Source: Ginglymostoma cirratum (taxonomy: Eukaryota). From it: a stretch of DNA of 64,000 nt. Location: assembly GCA_024137785.1 (NCBI GenBank), contig JAHRHZ010000107.1:124001-188000 (forward strand), written 5' to 3'. Shown here in pieces: positions 39,766-51,581 of the stretch. Under the pieces are notes generated by a model. That model was given only the letters and a program-made list of their open reading frames with translations. It was not told the DNA's origin and ran no database searches. Position 1 is the first letter of the stretch. Each line of letters starts with the position of its first letter. Made by a program: the position numbers and the translations under genes.

Positions 39766-40089
39766 TCCCAACACCTTGGAGTCCACTATTGATGCAAATT
39801 ATTATTTCCATGCCAAAACACATCATGCTTAAATGCTCCTTGCAACTGTTAAAGACTGGCTGCTGCTGTGGAACGATATTCATACTCCTACAGTTGATTA
39901 TTATGTGAATGCCAAAATCATATTCACACTGCAATGTTGACAATTATCCAGCATTTGCTGAGTACCCAGAAAGTATAAACGTTGACTGGGAACACGATAT
40001 AAAGGGAATAATTTGCATCATATATTGTGCATCACTCAATCAATATCCTGGAACATCTGGATGATTTTTGGCGATATTTGCAACAATGG

Positions 40090-40157
40090 ATTTCTTGTGC
40101 TGGAGTGAAATAGTGTGCTGAGCTGGAGACACAGTGACACAAGCCGCAGCATAAATC
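40090..40157 (+). CDS. IgNAR: IgNAR last D segment (coding 40118-40129, 12 nt) with 12/12 RSSs
   Basis: ATTTCTTGT-12-TAGTGTG [CTGAGCTGGAGA] CACAGTG-12-GCATAAATC. Confidence 0.92.
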
Positions 40158-40470
40158 TTTCCCGCCGTTGTCTGTTTTACTTCTTGAACGTGATTTCAAT
40201 AATGAACTTTCTTGCTGATGGTTGCTGCTTCATCAAATTTAACATCAATTCTAGTTTGCCATTTTCTGGAATTCTCTACACATCCTCAGATGTAAACTCA
40301 GCATTGCTGTCTTTTCCAATGTTACTCACAGTCGCATTGGAGATGGGGGAAATGTGAATGAATTTATAACTGTCCATAAATGAGGATTAGTTCATGCTTT
40401 GAATGTATATGGGAGACATGAGAGAAGACGTGTCTTTAAATGTTTATAATATGACGGTTGCTTCACTGAC

Positions 40471-40509
40471 CTTTTTTAGGCAGCACTGATTGAGATCTGA
40501 TTGACTGTG
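40471..40509 (-). promoter_or_regulatory. J 5' RSS (22/23-bp spacer)
   Basis: GACTGTG heptamer 40503-40509; T-tract nonamer CTTTTTTAG(G) at 40471-40480. Confidence 0.8.
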
Positions 40510-40557
40510 ACAGCTTTGATGAATATGGAGGTGGCACGATCGTGACTGTAAATCCTG
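40510..40557 (+). CDS. IgNAR: IgNAR J segment (SFDEYGGGTIVTVNP)
   Basis: YGGGTxVTV J motif, phase-1 donor G|GTAAGT at 40558. Confidence 0.96.
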
Positions 40558-41559
40558 GTAAGTGACCTCCCTCGCTACAAATCGTTATGGTTTTGCTGAC
40601 AAATTACAAAAAGTCATAGTTCTCATTAAAACAGTTTGAACTGCATAACGTGATAACTGGAAGAATATTTTTTCATGGGCTCAGTTCGGTGTGCTGCCAA
40701 TTTATGTGCCTTAAATTTCAAGCTCATTTTCAGATTTCGTTGGAGCATGAGTATATTGCTAAATATATAATTCGGCTGGGAACAAGCCAATATTTCGACA
40801 TATAATCTTCTTGGCATGAAGAACCTGAGATGCTTACTTAAATAGATCATGGAGTTCAGCTGCTCCAAAGGAAACAGACAACGAAGTTATCCTGTACTTT
40901 GGCGTGCTAGTGTTTTACAGAAACACAGAGCTTTTCATTCGAACAGTTTAGGCAAGTCTGAATTGAGGAAAGCTTTATGCCAGCAGTAACGCTTTTTTGA
41001 ATTGCGTCTGAATGAAATGCAGAGGGGATGTCACATGCAATTAAAAATTGACAAGAGCTTCGACTGTAATATCGTTGATTTAATGGTAAATTCGCTGAAA
41101 ATAATTATAACTGTTTGAATGAGGTGGGGCCGAGTGTGTTTACACAATCTAATTTTAGTTAGTTTACCCGGTATCTTTAATAGCCATGAAAAGCTCGTTT
41201 TATTTTTGTGCAATGTCGTGTTTTGTAGTTACAAATGCAACTTTTTAAAAAATTTTTTACAAGCCTGCTTAAATGGATTTGACTTAAACATTGATAGGAT
41301 TATGTTTACCAGTACAGAGATGACTTGTTCAACTTGGAAAACTTTCTTGCAGACCAGTATCACAAGCGTCTGTCATTGGCTGCAAAGGGCTATAATTACT
41401 GCAAAGCAAAACTTCTGAAACATGACCCAATATCAAATATGAACTACTGCTTTCCACTTTGCCATAAAGATAATATGCAGCGAATTTCATTGAAGACTAG
41501 ATCAGTCCAGAAAGTGGCAAATAAAATTAACCCTGAGGAATAGTCTTCCATATAATACA

Positions 41560-41765
41560 CGGAAACATAGAAGTAGGAATAGCAGAAGAGCGTTTGATTC
41601 TTCGGGCCTGTTCCACAATTCAATATGATCATAACTGATAATTCAACTGAATAATCTGTACCCGTTTTCTCCCAGACTGTTTGATCAATTTCGCCCAAAG
41701 CACTATATCTGAATTCTTATCTAAAACATTCAACGTTTCGCCTCAGCCACTTTTTCTGGTAGCGA
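41560..41765 (-). mobile_element. CR1 3' end fragment
   Basis: aaacatagaagtaggaatagcagaag...attcaatatgatcataactgat tail region. Confidence 0.55.
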
Positions 41766-41769
41766 ATAT

Positions 41770-42790
41770 GGTCCGGACAGTACTTGTACTCTTAATGGTA
41801 AGGCCCTGGGCAATGTTGTAGAACCGAGCGACCGAAGGGGTCAGCCATATAATTCTTTGAAATTTCCATCACTGATAGACAGAATGGTTAAGTAGTCGTT
41901 TAGCATGCTTGCCTTCAAATTGAGACCTTTGAGTATCGGACTTGAGACATCATGTTGCGGTTGTACAGATGGCAAGGCCTCCTCTGGAGTACTGTGTGCA
42001 GTTCTGGTCTCCCTGTTTTCGGAAGGATGCCATTAAACAGGAAAGAGTTCAGAAAAGATTTCCCAAGATGTTGCTGCGAGTGGCGGGTTGAGGTATAAAA
42101 ATAGACTAAAAAGACGATGACTGTTTATACTGAAGGGTAGGAGGTTGAAGCATCTTCTAGAATCATGAGGTACAATGCGAAGGAGAATGACACGGGCATT
42201 TCATTTCGGGTAGGTGAGTTCAAAACTAGTGGACCTACTTTTAAGGTGATTGGAGAAAGATTTAAAAAGGACACGAGGGAACAATTTCTTTCCACAGAGA
42301 GTGGTTCCTGTGCTAAATGAACTGCCAGAGGAAGTGACGGATGGGGGCACAGTTACAATGTTTCCATGACATTTTATACGTCTCTGAATAGGGATGGTTT
42401 GGATGCATACAGCTGAAATGGGCGGCAGGGTGGCTCAGTGGTTAGCAGAGCAGCCTCACAGCGCCAGTGTGCTGGGTTCGATTCCAGCCCCAGGTGACTG
42501 TCTGTGCGTAGTTTGCACATTCTCCCCGGGGTGCTCAGGTTTGTGCCCACAGTCCAAAGATGTGCAGGCTAGGTGGATTGGCCATGCTAAATTGCCCATG
42601 GTGTTTAGGGGGGTGAGTCTGGGTGGGATGCTCCAAGGGTCTGTGTGGACTTGTTGGGACGAAGGGCCTGTTTCCACTCTGTAGGGATTCTAATGAAATA
42701 CAGGCAGGTGGGGCTAGTTTAGTTGGGAACATGGTCAGTGTGGACTGGTTGACTTCAAGGGGTCGTTTCCATGCTGCATGACTTTCTGAC
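41770..42790 (+). mobile_element. CR1 LINE 3' fragment in the J-C intron (hosts a V-SINE)
   Basis: cttaatggtaaggccctggg, ggagtactgtgtgcagttctggtctccc, tttaaggtgattggagaaagattt. Confidence 0.75.
42420..42693 (+). mobile_element. V-SINE (HE1/MER6-like) with 6-bp TSD
   Basis: A box ggtggctcagtggttagc, B box gggttcgattcc, V-domain cccacagtccaaagatgtgcaggctaggtggattggccatgctaaattgccc; TGAAAT at 42414-42419 and 42694-42699. Confidence 0.85.
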
Positions 42791-45700
42791 TCGGTCTCTT
42801 TTCAGTCATCAGTACTGTCATCCCAGAAATTAATCTGGTACCCAGGATTTCAGCGATGGTATTTGTCTGACAACACCGTCTCTGAAAGGAAACGTTAAAA
42901 TGCAAGATTGGGCTAAAAGAAATTTGGAGATACAGGACTTTTATCACAAAGATAAAATGGTCACTTTTAGTTTGGAAGCTTTCTCAACGCACACAGGGAT
43001 GGGGTGCAGTGGGACAATCGTTTGATTCCATTACAATGCTTCATGCAGTTTGTTCACTCATGAAATTCTCTCCCAGAAAAAAAATGCTTCCCCTTCGACT
43101 TTAAGAACGCTAAAACCGATCCCAAACCATTCCAATTTGACATGATAACATTCTTGTGCATGCGTGTTTCATTATTTTAATTAATATTTGTTTTGACATT
43201 TCATGGGATGGTGACTTGATGAAAACCTAGAGTCAAATGTCGTTCCCTGAAATAGACAACTGTGTTTTTTAAGGTTAATTTATTGCCTGTTTCCTCTCTC
43301 TGAAAACAGCGAATGGCTTTGCCATCTTTGTCAGTTTTATTCACAGGGACATTATATATGTATTTCATTTTCGAAATTGCCCAGCATTCTTACTTTAATA
43401 CACGCATTGATAGTTCTTTTCCAGCAATATATTTTCACTGTTTCCAACATGAATTTCTTTCCAACCCCCGTGAGTACTTAAACAGCCCTCTCATTTGAAT
43501 GAGTCCTCATACAATATTTATCTCTGTAATGTTTCACTTATTCTCTGAATTTTCCATTCTTTAATGGCAATTTCATTTTATTCTCCAAAGGAGAGAATGC
43601 TGTTTGTGTCATAAGTCTTGCATGTCTAAACTATATCTCTTACGTTGATTAAAAAAAAAGAAAAACACACATGAGATGTGGAAGTCGCTGACTGGGCCAA
43701 CATTTATTTTCAGTTTAGCAAATTTGGGGCACAATGTTCTCTGCGACATGAAACATGGAACAAATTTCAGAATAACATGGCACAGTTCAGAATAACTCAG
43801 AAGTTTTATTGTAGTTATTGGTAAAGTAGACCAGGATCTTTTTTTTTTCCAAACTGGCATGTGATTTATTGAAAACAGTTAAAACCTCCTACTCCTCCAC
43901 AGGAATTTACTCCGTGTTTCCTTAGATGTCTTTCATTTTACTGGGAAATGGTACACTGACTGCATCTGATTTATAGTACATTTATATTTTGTTATGGCCC
44001 TGATTGTGCAACATCCCATTATGAATGCAACATTTAAGTAGCAGTTCAGGCAGGCGGGCTGCAAAATCATTCCTCATAAGACAACATACTCATTCAAGGG
44101 ACTTCTCTGGTGACTCTTCTCTGAACAACCTGTAGCGCATTTACATCCTCCAGTAAATGAGGTGACCAATATCACACACTATCCTCCAGGAGGAACCTCT
44201 GATGTGCCTAGTCTTTCTGAAAAAAAGAAAATAACTCCGGTCCATTTGTGTTCAATTTCACATTTGATAAGTGATATCATTGTTTTTTTTAATGAATTAC
44301 TTTATGTCCGTGTGTACTAATCTCAAGCAATACATTCATCAGGCTTCCTCTGAACCTCAGAATTCTACAATTTGTAACTGTTTTGATTATACATTTTTTC
44401 TACTATTCTTCCGAATTGGTCTTTATTTTTTCAAATTCCCACAACCAATGCCTATCACCATATTTTTGTAATCCCTTGTGCCCACTGATGACTGACTTAA
44501 TGTCCTTTCTATTTTTGTGATTCAACAAATTTGACAAACAGAATTTATACATCCTCATAAAAGTGATAACTTGCAAACATTCACATTTCTGCATCGGTCC
44601 CTCTGGCATATCATTCTCGAATCTTAAAATGAGTCCTGTACACTTACTGTCAGCGTCCTACTACCCAGCTCATCTTCTGTCCATTCCAGTATCCTACACC
44701 CAGGTCTTTGATTTTCGGAATTTCAACGTTGACACAGCATTTTATCGAATGTTTTCAGATATTAAACAAACTGCAACCACCGATTCCCCTTTGTCTGGTA
44801 GATTTGGCAAATATGATCTCCCTTAACAAAGTCATTTTATTTTCACACTGAATCCCTTGAACTTATCGAGTGCCCTGCTGTGACATATTCTACGGTATAT
44901 CCTAACATTTTGTTACTACGGCTGTTAAACTAAATTCTCAATCATTTCTTGCTCACTGTCTCACACTATTTTTGATTGAAAGTTTTAATTTTTTTCTGTC
45001 AATCTAAAGGTCTTTTCCATCATCGAGGTTCCCACTCAAACGTAAGACAAAGGCATCAGTTGTTTCAACAGCACTTTTTCCTCAGACACGAGGATGATGC
45101 CATGAGAGAACTGGCAGGTGTTGGCTCGTAGCTGCAAATATTTAATCAATATTGTTCCTCTGGTGATTGTGATTTTCCTGCTTCTGCCCTCCCTTTCATT
45201 TGCCGATTCATTGTTGCTTCTTGGATGTTGCTTTTGTTTCCTGTCGTGTGAACTCATGCAAAATAAGTGTTCTATAAACTTTCCATCTCTCTTGTTTTAC
45301 AGCATGAATTCCCCACACTCATACTTTGCATGAACGATGTTCACTTTGTAAATCATTTACTTACATAACACCTGTCAGAAATCACACACCCTGTTTTTAA
45401 TCTATACTTTGCTTCCTATCGCACCATGATGTTCCAGTACTTATTAATTTTCAGATGATTCATTCCTGAAAATTCTGTTTAATTTTCTGACTTGACTTCT
45501 GTCTGTCTGCAATCAAATTCGTTTTGTTTAATGTCAATATTATCTTTAGCCACAGATGGCTGGTTCGTCCCTTGGATTTCTCCTTACAATTTTGTAATGT
45601 ATCTATTTTATGCGATCTGGAATGTCTCCTTAAATGTCTGCCATTGTATCATTGTTGACTTCTCTTCGAGCCTAATTTTCCAACTTATTTCAAGCAACTC

Positions 45701-47877
45701 TGTTTTCACGTCGCAATAATACTTTTTTTTAATTTTGGAGCTAATCCTCTCTTCCTCAAATTAAATGCAAAATGCAGTTGTATTATTGTCGCTGATATTT
45801 CGGTGGATTTTCAATACGAGATCATGAATTAATTAGATCACATTTCACCGTTACAAGTTGAGCAAAGTTCAAGGATATGCACTTTGAAGAAACAATTCCA
45901 AACCTTTGTACGAACTCCACACTAAAGTTAGCGTTGCACATGTGACTCTCCTAGCTATTATATAGATAAAATCTCCCATCATTACGGCTGCGATATTCTG
46001 ACAAACTCTCATTCTGTCTTCCTTTATACTCCCTCCACTGTGTAGTAACTGATGGGTTACCTGAACACAAACCCCACAAGTATCTTCCTGACTTGATCAT
46101 TTCTCAACTTCACTCAAACCCATTTCACGTGCAGCTTTCCTGAAATGGCGGTCACCTCTCTCTCTTTCATAAAATAGGAAGAGCAAATTCGGAAGAAGCT
46201 CAGCTGCAACTGCGAATAGAGAAACAGAATTTACGTTTCCAGTCTGACTCTGCTACACCTCTTTCTGTCATGCAAATTGCATTGCAAATGAACTGTGACA
46301 CTTGTACAGATTTCTGAGCTCTCTATCATTCCGACGCCACCTGTCCCAATCTGATCCATGTCATCCTGCAAGAAGGACAGCGGTGAAGATCATCAGCAGT
46401 TTTGTAAACTTTTGAACTTGGCATGTACTGAATATCAGCTTGGACACAGTTAATCTCAATTGGAACTCGTGCAGTCGTGATTCTTGTCGCAAAGTATCAG
46501 AACCCGCTGTTTCCACATTGCAGGTTTGGGACGACATAAACAGATGCACGTCAGCTTCAGTTGCAAGTGTACTCAGTTGATGTGCAGGTCTATGGTGCTA
46601 CAGAGAGTGAAATGAGGAGTCATTGCCATGGAATGCATTGCAGCATGTTGATTTCCTACTTTGGTAGAAAAAGGACATAGAGTCTGTCAAAAGTGTGCTT
46701 GCAGGAGATCGTGGAACAGTGTCCGTGTGTGAAAAGACCAGAGGACACAATTGTTCGTATGTTCAGAAATGGGGTTAATAAGGTTGCTGTATTGTTTCAT
46801 GATAAAATTTCACGTTCGATAAAGCCGGATTGGACGATTACAGAGAACCAGGACTGTGTTTATCTTTGGTGTTTTAGAAGTAAGAGTGTGGCTGTAGCTG
46901 GATTTGAAAAAGAAAACGGATGTGAAACGTAAATAGAACGTATTGCTTGACTTTGCGTAAATGCAGTGATGGGTGAACAAGCAGTGGTGTAATTTAGGAT
47001 TTGGCTGCAGAGTTCGAATTAGTTTTATTTTAATTAATTTGGAGGTGGAATTTCAGTGAGAGTATCGGAATAGTCGAGGGTACCCTTGAAGAACTTGAAG
47101 GGTATGGTAGAATCTTATCTGTGGCATTTCCGAGAGAGGAGAAGCATTGCAGGAATGAGGGAATGGTCTAACTGATAGCTCCAGTAAGAAGTCTGATGAT
47201 CAACACAGGGTCACGAGTGAGTCCACGGTTGGAAAAAGTCTGGTCAGATAACTGTTCAGGTGACAATAGGCTTCGTTTGGGGAACAAGGAAGTCTGGTTT
47301 CTTTCCTTGGTAAGAATAATTCAAATTTATGAAGTTCAATCAAAAAATGAATGGAAAGAAACACATCTGGGTTTATTGAGAATACGAGGCAATTAAAAAT
47401 ATCCAGATACATAAAAGAAGATATTAAGTGATGGGTTTTACGTTGGAGATATATATTTGTTTGAAGGAACTTTGTTGAAGAAGCAGCAATGCTCACAGTA
47501 CCGTTGTGTGCTCATTGTACAACAGCTTGGCGAGAACCATTTTGAAAAGTAACAATGGAACAAGCTTGAGGGTAGAGTACTTGGGAATAAGATTATCGCT
47601 CTGTTACAGTCACGAAATGTCCATTTATAGTGCCCAGTGATCCTGTGAAAACGGTGATACTGAATCGCAGTTCGAGGATTGGGAATTGATCTGTGTGTAC
47701 GATCAAACTCCAACACCTGTTAGTACAGTAGATTTTCGACTTAGAAAGGAACAGTCTTGCTCCCTCAACCACATGATCAAGCCCCCAAAATGTCTTTGCT
47801 CTGTGGTGTCAAAAACGTTTCCATTATCTTAAAGAAACCCAAATGACACCTTCTTCTCGAAAGGCAGATTCAAACTT

Positions 47878-47956
47878 TTAGGCCCGAAACGTCAAGTTTT
47901 CCTGCTCCTATGGTGCTGCTTGACCTGTTGTGTTCATCCAGCCCCATGCTTGTTAT
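47878..47956 (+). mobile_element. Truncated Penelope-derived pseudo-LTR with 9-bp TSD
   Basis: taggcccgaaacgtcaagttttcctgctcctatggtgctgcttgacctg matches the right arm of 61507..61872; TTCAAACTT at 47869-47877 and 47957-47965. Confidence 0.7.
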
Positions 47957-48569
47957 TTCAAACTTGTTTCCTGATAACTTTATGAGATGAAAATGTTCTG
48001 TGAGGAGGAAACTTAAAACAGGTTATCTGCAAAAATCATTAATATTTTGAGAAATGGCTGAAGCCTTCGACATAAAGGCATGCTTTCATACGTGCACAAG
48101 GAGTGTAAAGATGGGAGAGAAGAAAAAGGTTCATGGGGGAGTAATATTGAACCCCGAGTCTTGGAGGCGAGAAGCACAGTGATTAACTTTGGAACAGTTA
48201 AAATCAGGAATTCTCTGGAAGCCAGTAATAGATGAATAGATGTTTCTGAGATGACTTGGGCTGGAGGAAATCTTAGAGCTGGAGTAGAGTGAAGCCATTG
48301 GGAAGTTAAGGCTGAAAAAGGCAGTTTTGAGATTGAGGCGTGGTTTGACATGGCAAAATGTAAGTCACGAAGCACAGTGGGGATCTGGGATAGGTGCTTG
48401 GCCTGAGATTAAGACACCGGCAGCATAACTTTGGAAGCTACAAAGTTAGAAATTTGGAGGTTGCAGAGGAATTTCGAGACAGTACAAATTCATGACGTAA
48501 TGTTTCAACGATAGGTGAGTGGAAAATCAAAAATCAGTGAAGTCAGATGTAAAAATAGGTGGTCTTAGC

Positions 48570-48945
48570 AAGGACGTTGAAGGTGATCTTACAGAGGTTT
48601 ACGTAATCATGACAAGCAGTGACAAGATAAATATCAAAGGTCTATTCCCCGGGATAGGGGATTTCAAAGCTAGAAGGCATGGGTTTAAGGTGAGAGGAGA
48701 AAGATTTAAAAGGGATATGAGTGGCAACGTTTTCGCACAGAGGATAGTGGAATTAACTATGTGGAATTAACTACCAGAAGAAGTGGTAGAAAAACGTACT
48801 TTTATTACATTTAAAGGATATTTGGACAGTACATGAAGGGGACAAGTTTGGAAAGATGTGGGTTAATCATCGGCAAATGGGACTAGTTAAGTTTGGATGC
48901 GTTGGACTGAAAGATCTGTTTCCATTCTTGAGGAGTCTCTGGCTC
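48570..48945 (+). mobile_element. CR1 3' fragment
   Basis: aggtgatcttacagaggtttacg...tttaaggtgagaggagaaagatttaaaaggga...gcacagaggatagtgg. Confidence 0.65.
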
Positions 48946-49152
48946 GACATGGTTTGGAGCTCAAATCAAGGTTAAATATGACACCAATGTTGTGAACAGT
49001 GTCTTTCAGCATCATTGTATAATGATGTTATAATATGGCATAAACAGACGTTTTATGTAATACTTGAGAGCTATTGTTTCGACAGGACATCACAGAAGCA
49101 GTACAAGCGTCTATTCAGAAGGGAGTAAGTCTTTTCTTTGTTGTAATTCTAG

Positions 49153-49473
49153 GAGTACAACCGTCTCTACCAATAGTCAGACTCCTCTTCTCTGCAACTG
49201 AAGAACAGAGAGCAAACGGATTTGTGCAGCTGGTTTGTCTAATCAGCGGATACTACCCCGAAAACATTGCAGTGAGCTGGCAGAAGAACACAAATGCCAT
49301 AAGTTCTGGTTTTACAACTACATCCCCAGTGAAAACATCGAACAATGACTTCAGTTGTGCAAGTTTACTTAAAGTGCCCCTACAGGAATGGAGCAGCGGT
49401 TCTGTGTACAGTTGCCAAGTTTCTCATTCTGCAACCAACAGTAAACAGAGGAAAGAAATTAGATCAACATCCG
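49153..49473 (+). CDS. IgNAR: IgNAR constant exon C1
   Basis: Acceptor ttctag; GVQPSLPIVRLLFSATEEQRANGFVQLVCLISGYYPENIAVSW...EWSSGSVYSCQVSHSATNSKQRKEIRSTS; donor G|GTAAGA; 321 nt. Confidence 0.96.
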
Positions 49474-50384
49474 GTAAGAAAATTAAACAAACTCACAAGC
49501 CCAAATTAATAAAACATAAATACTTTCATTTTCAGTCTTGGGCCAGTTGAAATATTGTTATGGTGGCATGTTGCTGAGGATGAAACATTCTTGTACTGGG
49601 TACAGTGAGCGACACCAAGAGCACCTTAAGGTCGAGTGAAATGCCACGGTAAAAAATCAGTTGGAAATGATACAAGTATCCGCTCTTTCAAAAACATAGC
49701 GGAGCACAACATTCGAAACCATTTTCCTCTGCTCCCTGCAATTCTCGTTCTTAGTAGGAAAGAATTACTGGAATAAGGGAAGGCCTTGATGGAAGACAGA
49801 GGAAAAGAGACAGAAATATAGACATTATGAGGAAGTCGACAGAATGAAGGTGATTCTTTGGCAATCTTCTTATAATGACAGTTTAAAAAAAAAATTCTAG
49901 GCAGACTCGGTGTTAAGGACACTTTAAAAACCAAGCCAGCACTACGCATTGGCTAATTTACAAATTCAATCCAGGGCAGGAAAAATACCATTGCAATGCA
50001 TGCACTTCATCAGAAAGAATTCAACTTCAACAAGTCTGCTTCTCCTGCTGACACTAATATGAATTTACTGATTTCTATTGTTGTGTGATGCTACGCAATT
50101 GTAGAAAAGATGAATTGGGAGGACGATGTTCAGAGAAACTAAAGGGAGAGACAGAGGGTTCTGGTGGAAGAGAGACAGAAATTTGCTATTCGATGGGAAT
50201 CGACAGAGACAGCAAACATGCAGCAATATGCTGTGTTGAAGATATCTTTGCAGAAACCGTATTAAGGCTAAGACAAATAGGTTTTCTTGACCAGCAGGTT
50301 CAGTGACCTCACAGGGATAATGATTCTCAATAATCCACTGTGGTTAAAATTCATCGAACATCGTGGTGCGGTAGACTTTATCTG

Positions 50385-50900
50385 TTTCTCCTTGTCTATC
50401 TTGCTCTCTTGCTCTCTTTTTTTACTGTTAGTCTCTTTCTGCCTCTGTCCATCCATCTATCCGTCTCTATTTCTTCTGATCTCTCTTTTTCTATCAGTCA
50501 ATCTCTCTCTTTACTGACTATGTGTTTACATCTCGATTGTCTGTTTTTCACTTTCCATCTTGGAAGTATTTCTTCTTTTATTTTCCTATAACTGGAGATT
50601 TTAGTCACTGTTTGTGCATCATGCATTGTTGCTCCCAGCGCTCCTCTTACTGTGTGCACCTGTCAGTCTTCATGCCTCCATCCCTTGTCTTCATTCCAAC
50701 GGTATCTCTCTCCCTCTCACTCTGGCTGTGTTCTTCCATCTGTCATTCTCATGCTCTCATTCTCTCGTTTTATGCCTCTATATTTGAATCTCACTATCTG
50801 AGTTTACCTGTCTCTGCCCCTGTCTCCCTGTGTATCTGTATCTGGACAGATGTGTGCCTCTTTTCGGACCCATCTGCCTTTGTATTCCTGGAAATTGTTT
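50385..50900. repeat. Degenerate CT-rich low-complexity tract in the C1-C2 intron
   Basis: Runs of tctctc/ctgtct/tctatc. Confidence 0.6.
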
Positions 50901-51209
50901 CTTTGTTTATTTCTGTACTGCTCACTGCATGGGTCCATACCAACCCCCACACCCATCAAAAAATTTCCCTTGATTTTCTTTTTGTTTGTTCTTTTTCTCA
51001 ATTTTATTGGTTTATTCAAGTTATGGTGCAAATCAACAAACGTGCAAAGAAGAAATGTCGCTTCAAATTCGACATAGATCAGTGAGAGAGGTGGTCACAC
51101 TTTAATCATCACATCCCTTGTCACTGATTAAGACATGCTTGTTACATTTCCGGTTAGATCACTATTGAAACAAGGACCAGAATTTAAGTCTCGCATTTCT
51201 CACTGACAG

Positions 51210-51425
51210 ACATCGCTGTACTACTGAGGGATCCAACAGTTGAAGAAATCTGGATCAATAAAAGTGCCACTCTAGTTTGCGAAGTGCTCTCCACAGTTTC
51301 CGCTGAAGTAGTCGTCTTTTGGATGGTAAATGGAATAGTAAGGAATGAAGGCGTTCAAGTGGAAGCGGCTAAAATGAATGGAAACCAATATCTGACCATC
51401 AGCCGCTTGACCAGCAGCGTGGAAG
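51210..51425 (+). CDS. IgNAR: IgNAR constant exon C2 (5' part; cut by gap)
   Basis: Acceptor tttctcactgacag; DIAVLLRDPTVEEIWINKSATLVCEVLSTVSAEVVVFWMVNG...QYLTISRLTSSVE, then N. Confidence 0.93.
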
Positions 51426-51439
51426 NNNNNNNNNNAAAG
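51426..51439 (+). other. 10-N assembly gap followed by the last 4 exon bases AAAG and donor GTAAGG (probably the end of C3)
   Basis: N at 51426-51435; AAAG|GTAAGG at 51436-51445. Confidence 0.7.
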
Positions 51440-51485
51440 GTAAGGACAGTTTTTCAGCAAGCATTCTCAAAATCAATGCTTTGTG

Positions 51486-51581
51486 ATAAACATAAACACA
51501 ACATGAAACTGTGAGCAAATATTCTAAGGTTCCATAAACATAAACACAACATGAAACTGTGAGCAAATATACTAAGGTTCC
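51486..51581 (+). repeat. 48-bp tandem duplication (2 copies, 1 mismatch)
   Basis: ataaacataaacacaacatgaaactgtgagcaaatat(t/a)ctaaggttcc twice. Confidence 0.9.

Noticed and set aside
42421-42495. tRNA-like A/B boxes (also about 5350, 10860, 35415, 51735)
   Set aside because: These are SINE heads or decayed SINE-like heads; no complete cloverleaf was seen.
50522-51085. 187-aa hydrophobic ORF and its neighbours
   Set aside because: Product of the CT-rich low-complexity tract in the C1-C2 intron; not a C domain.
51210-51445. Calling the IgNAR locus a pseudogene because C2 is truncated and C3 is missing
   Set aside because: The break coincides exactly with an N gap; every visible exon is open with intact splice sites, promoter and RSSs.
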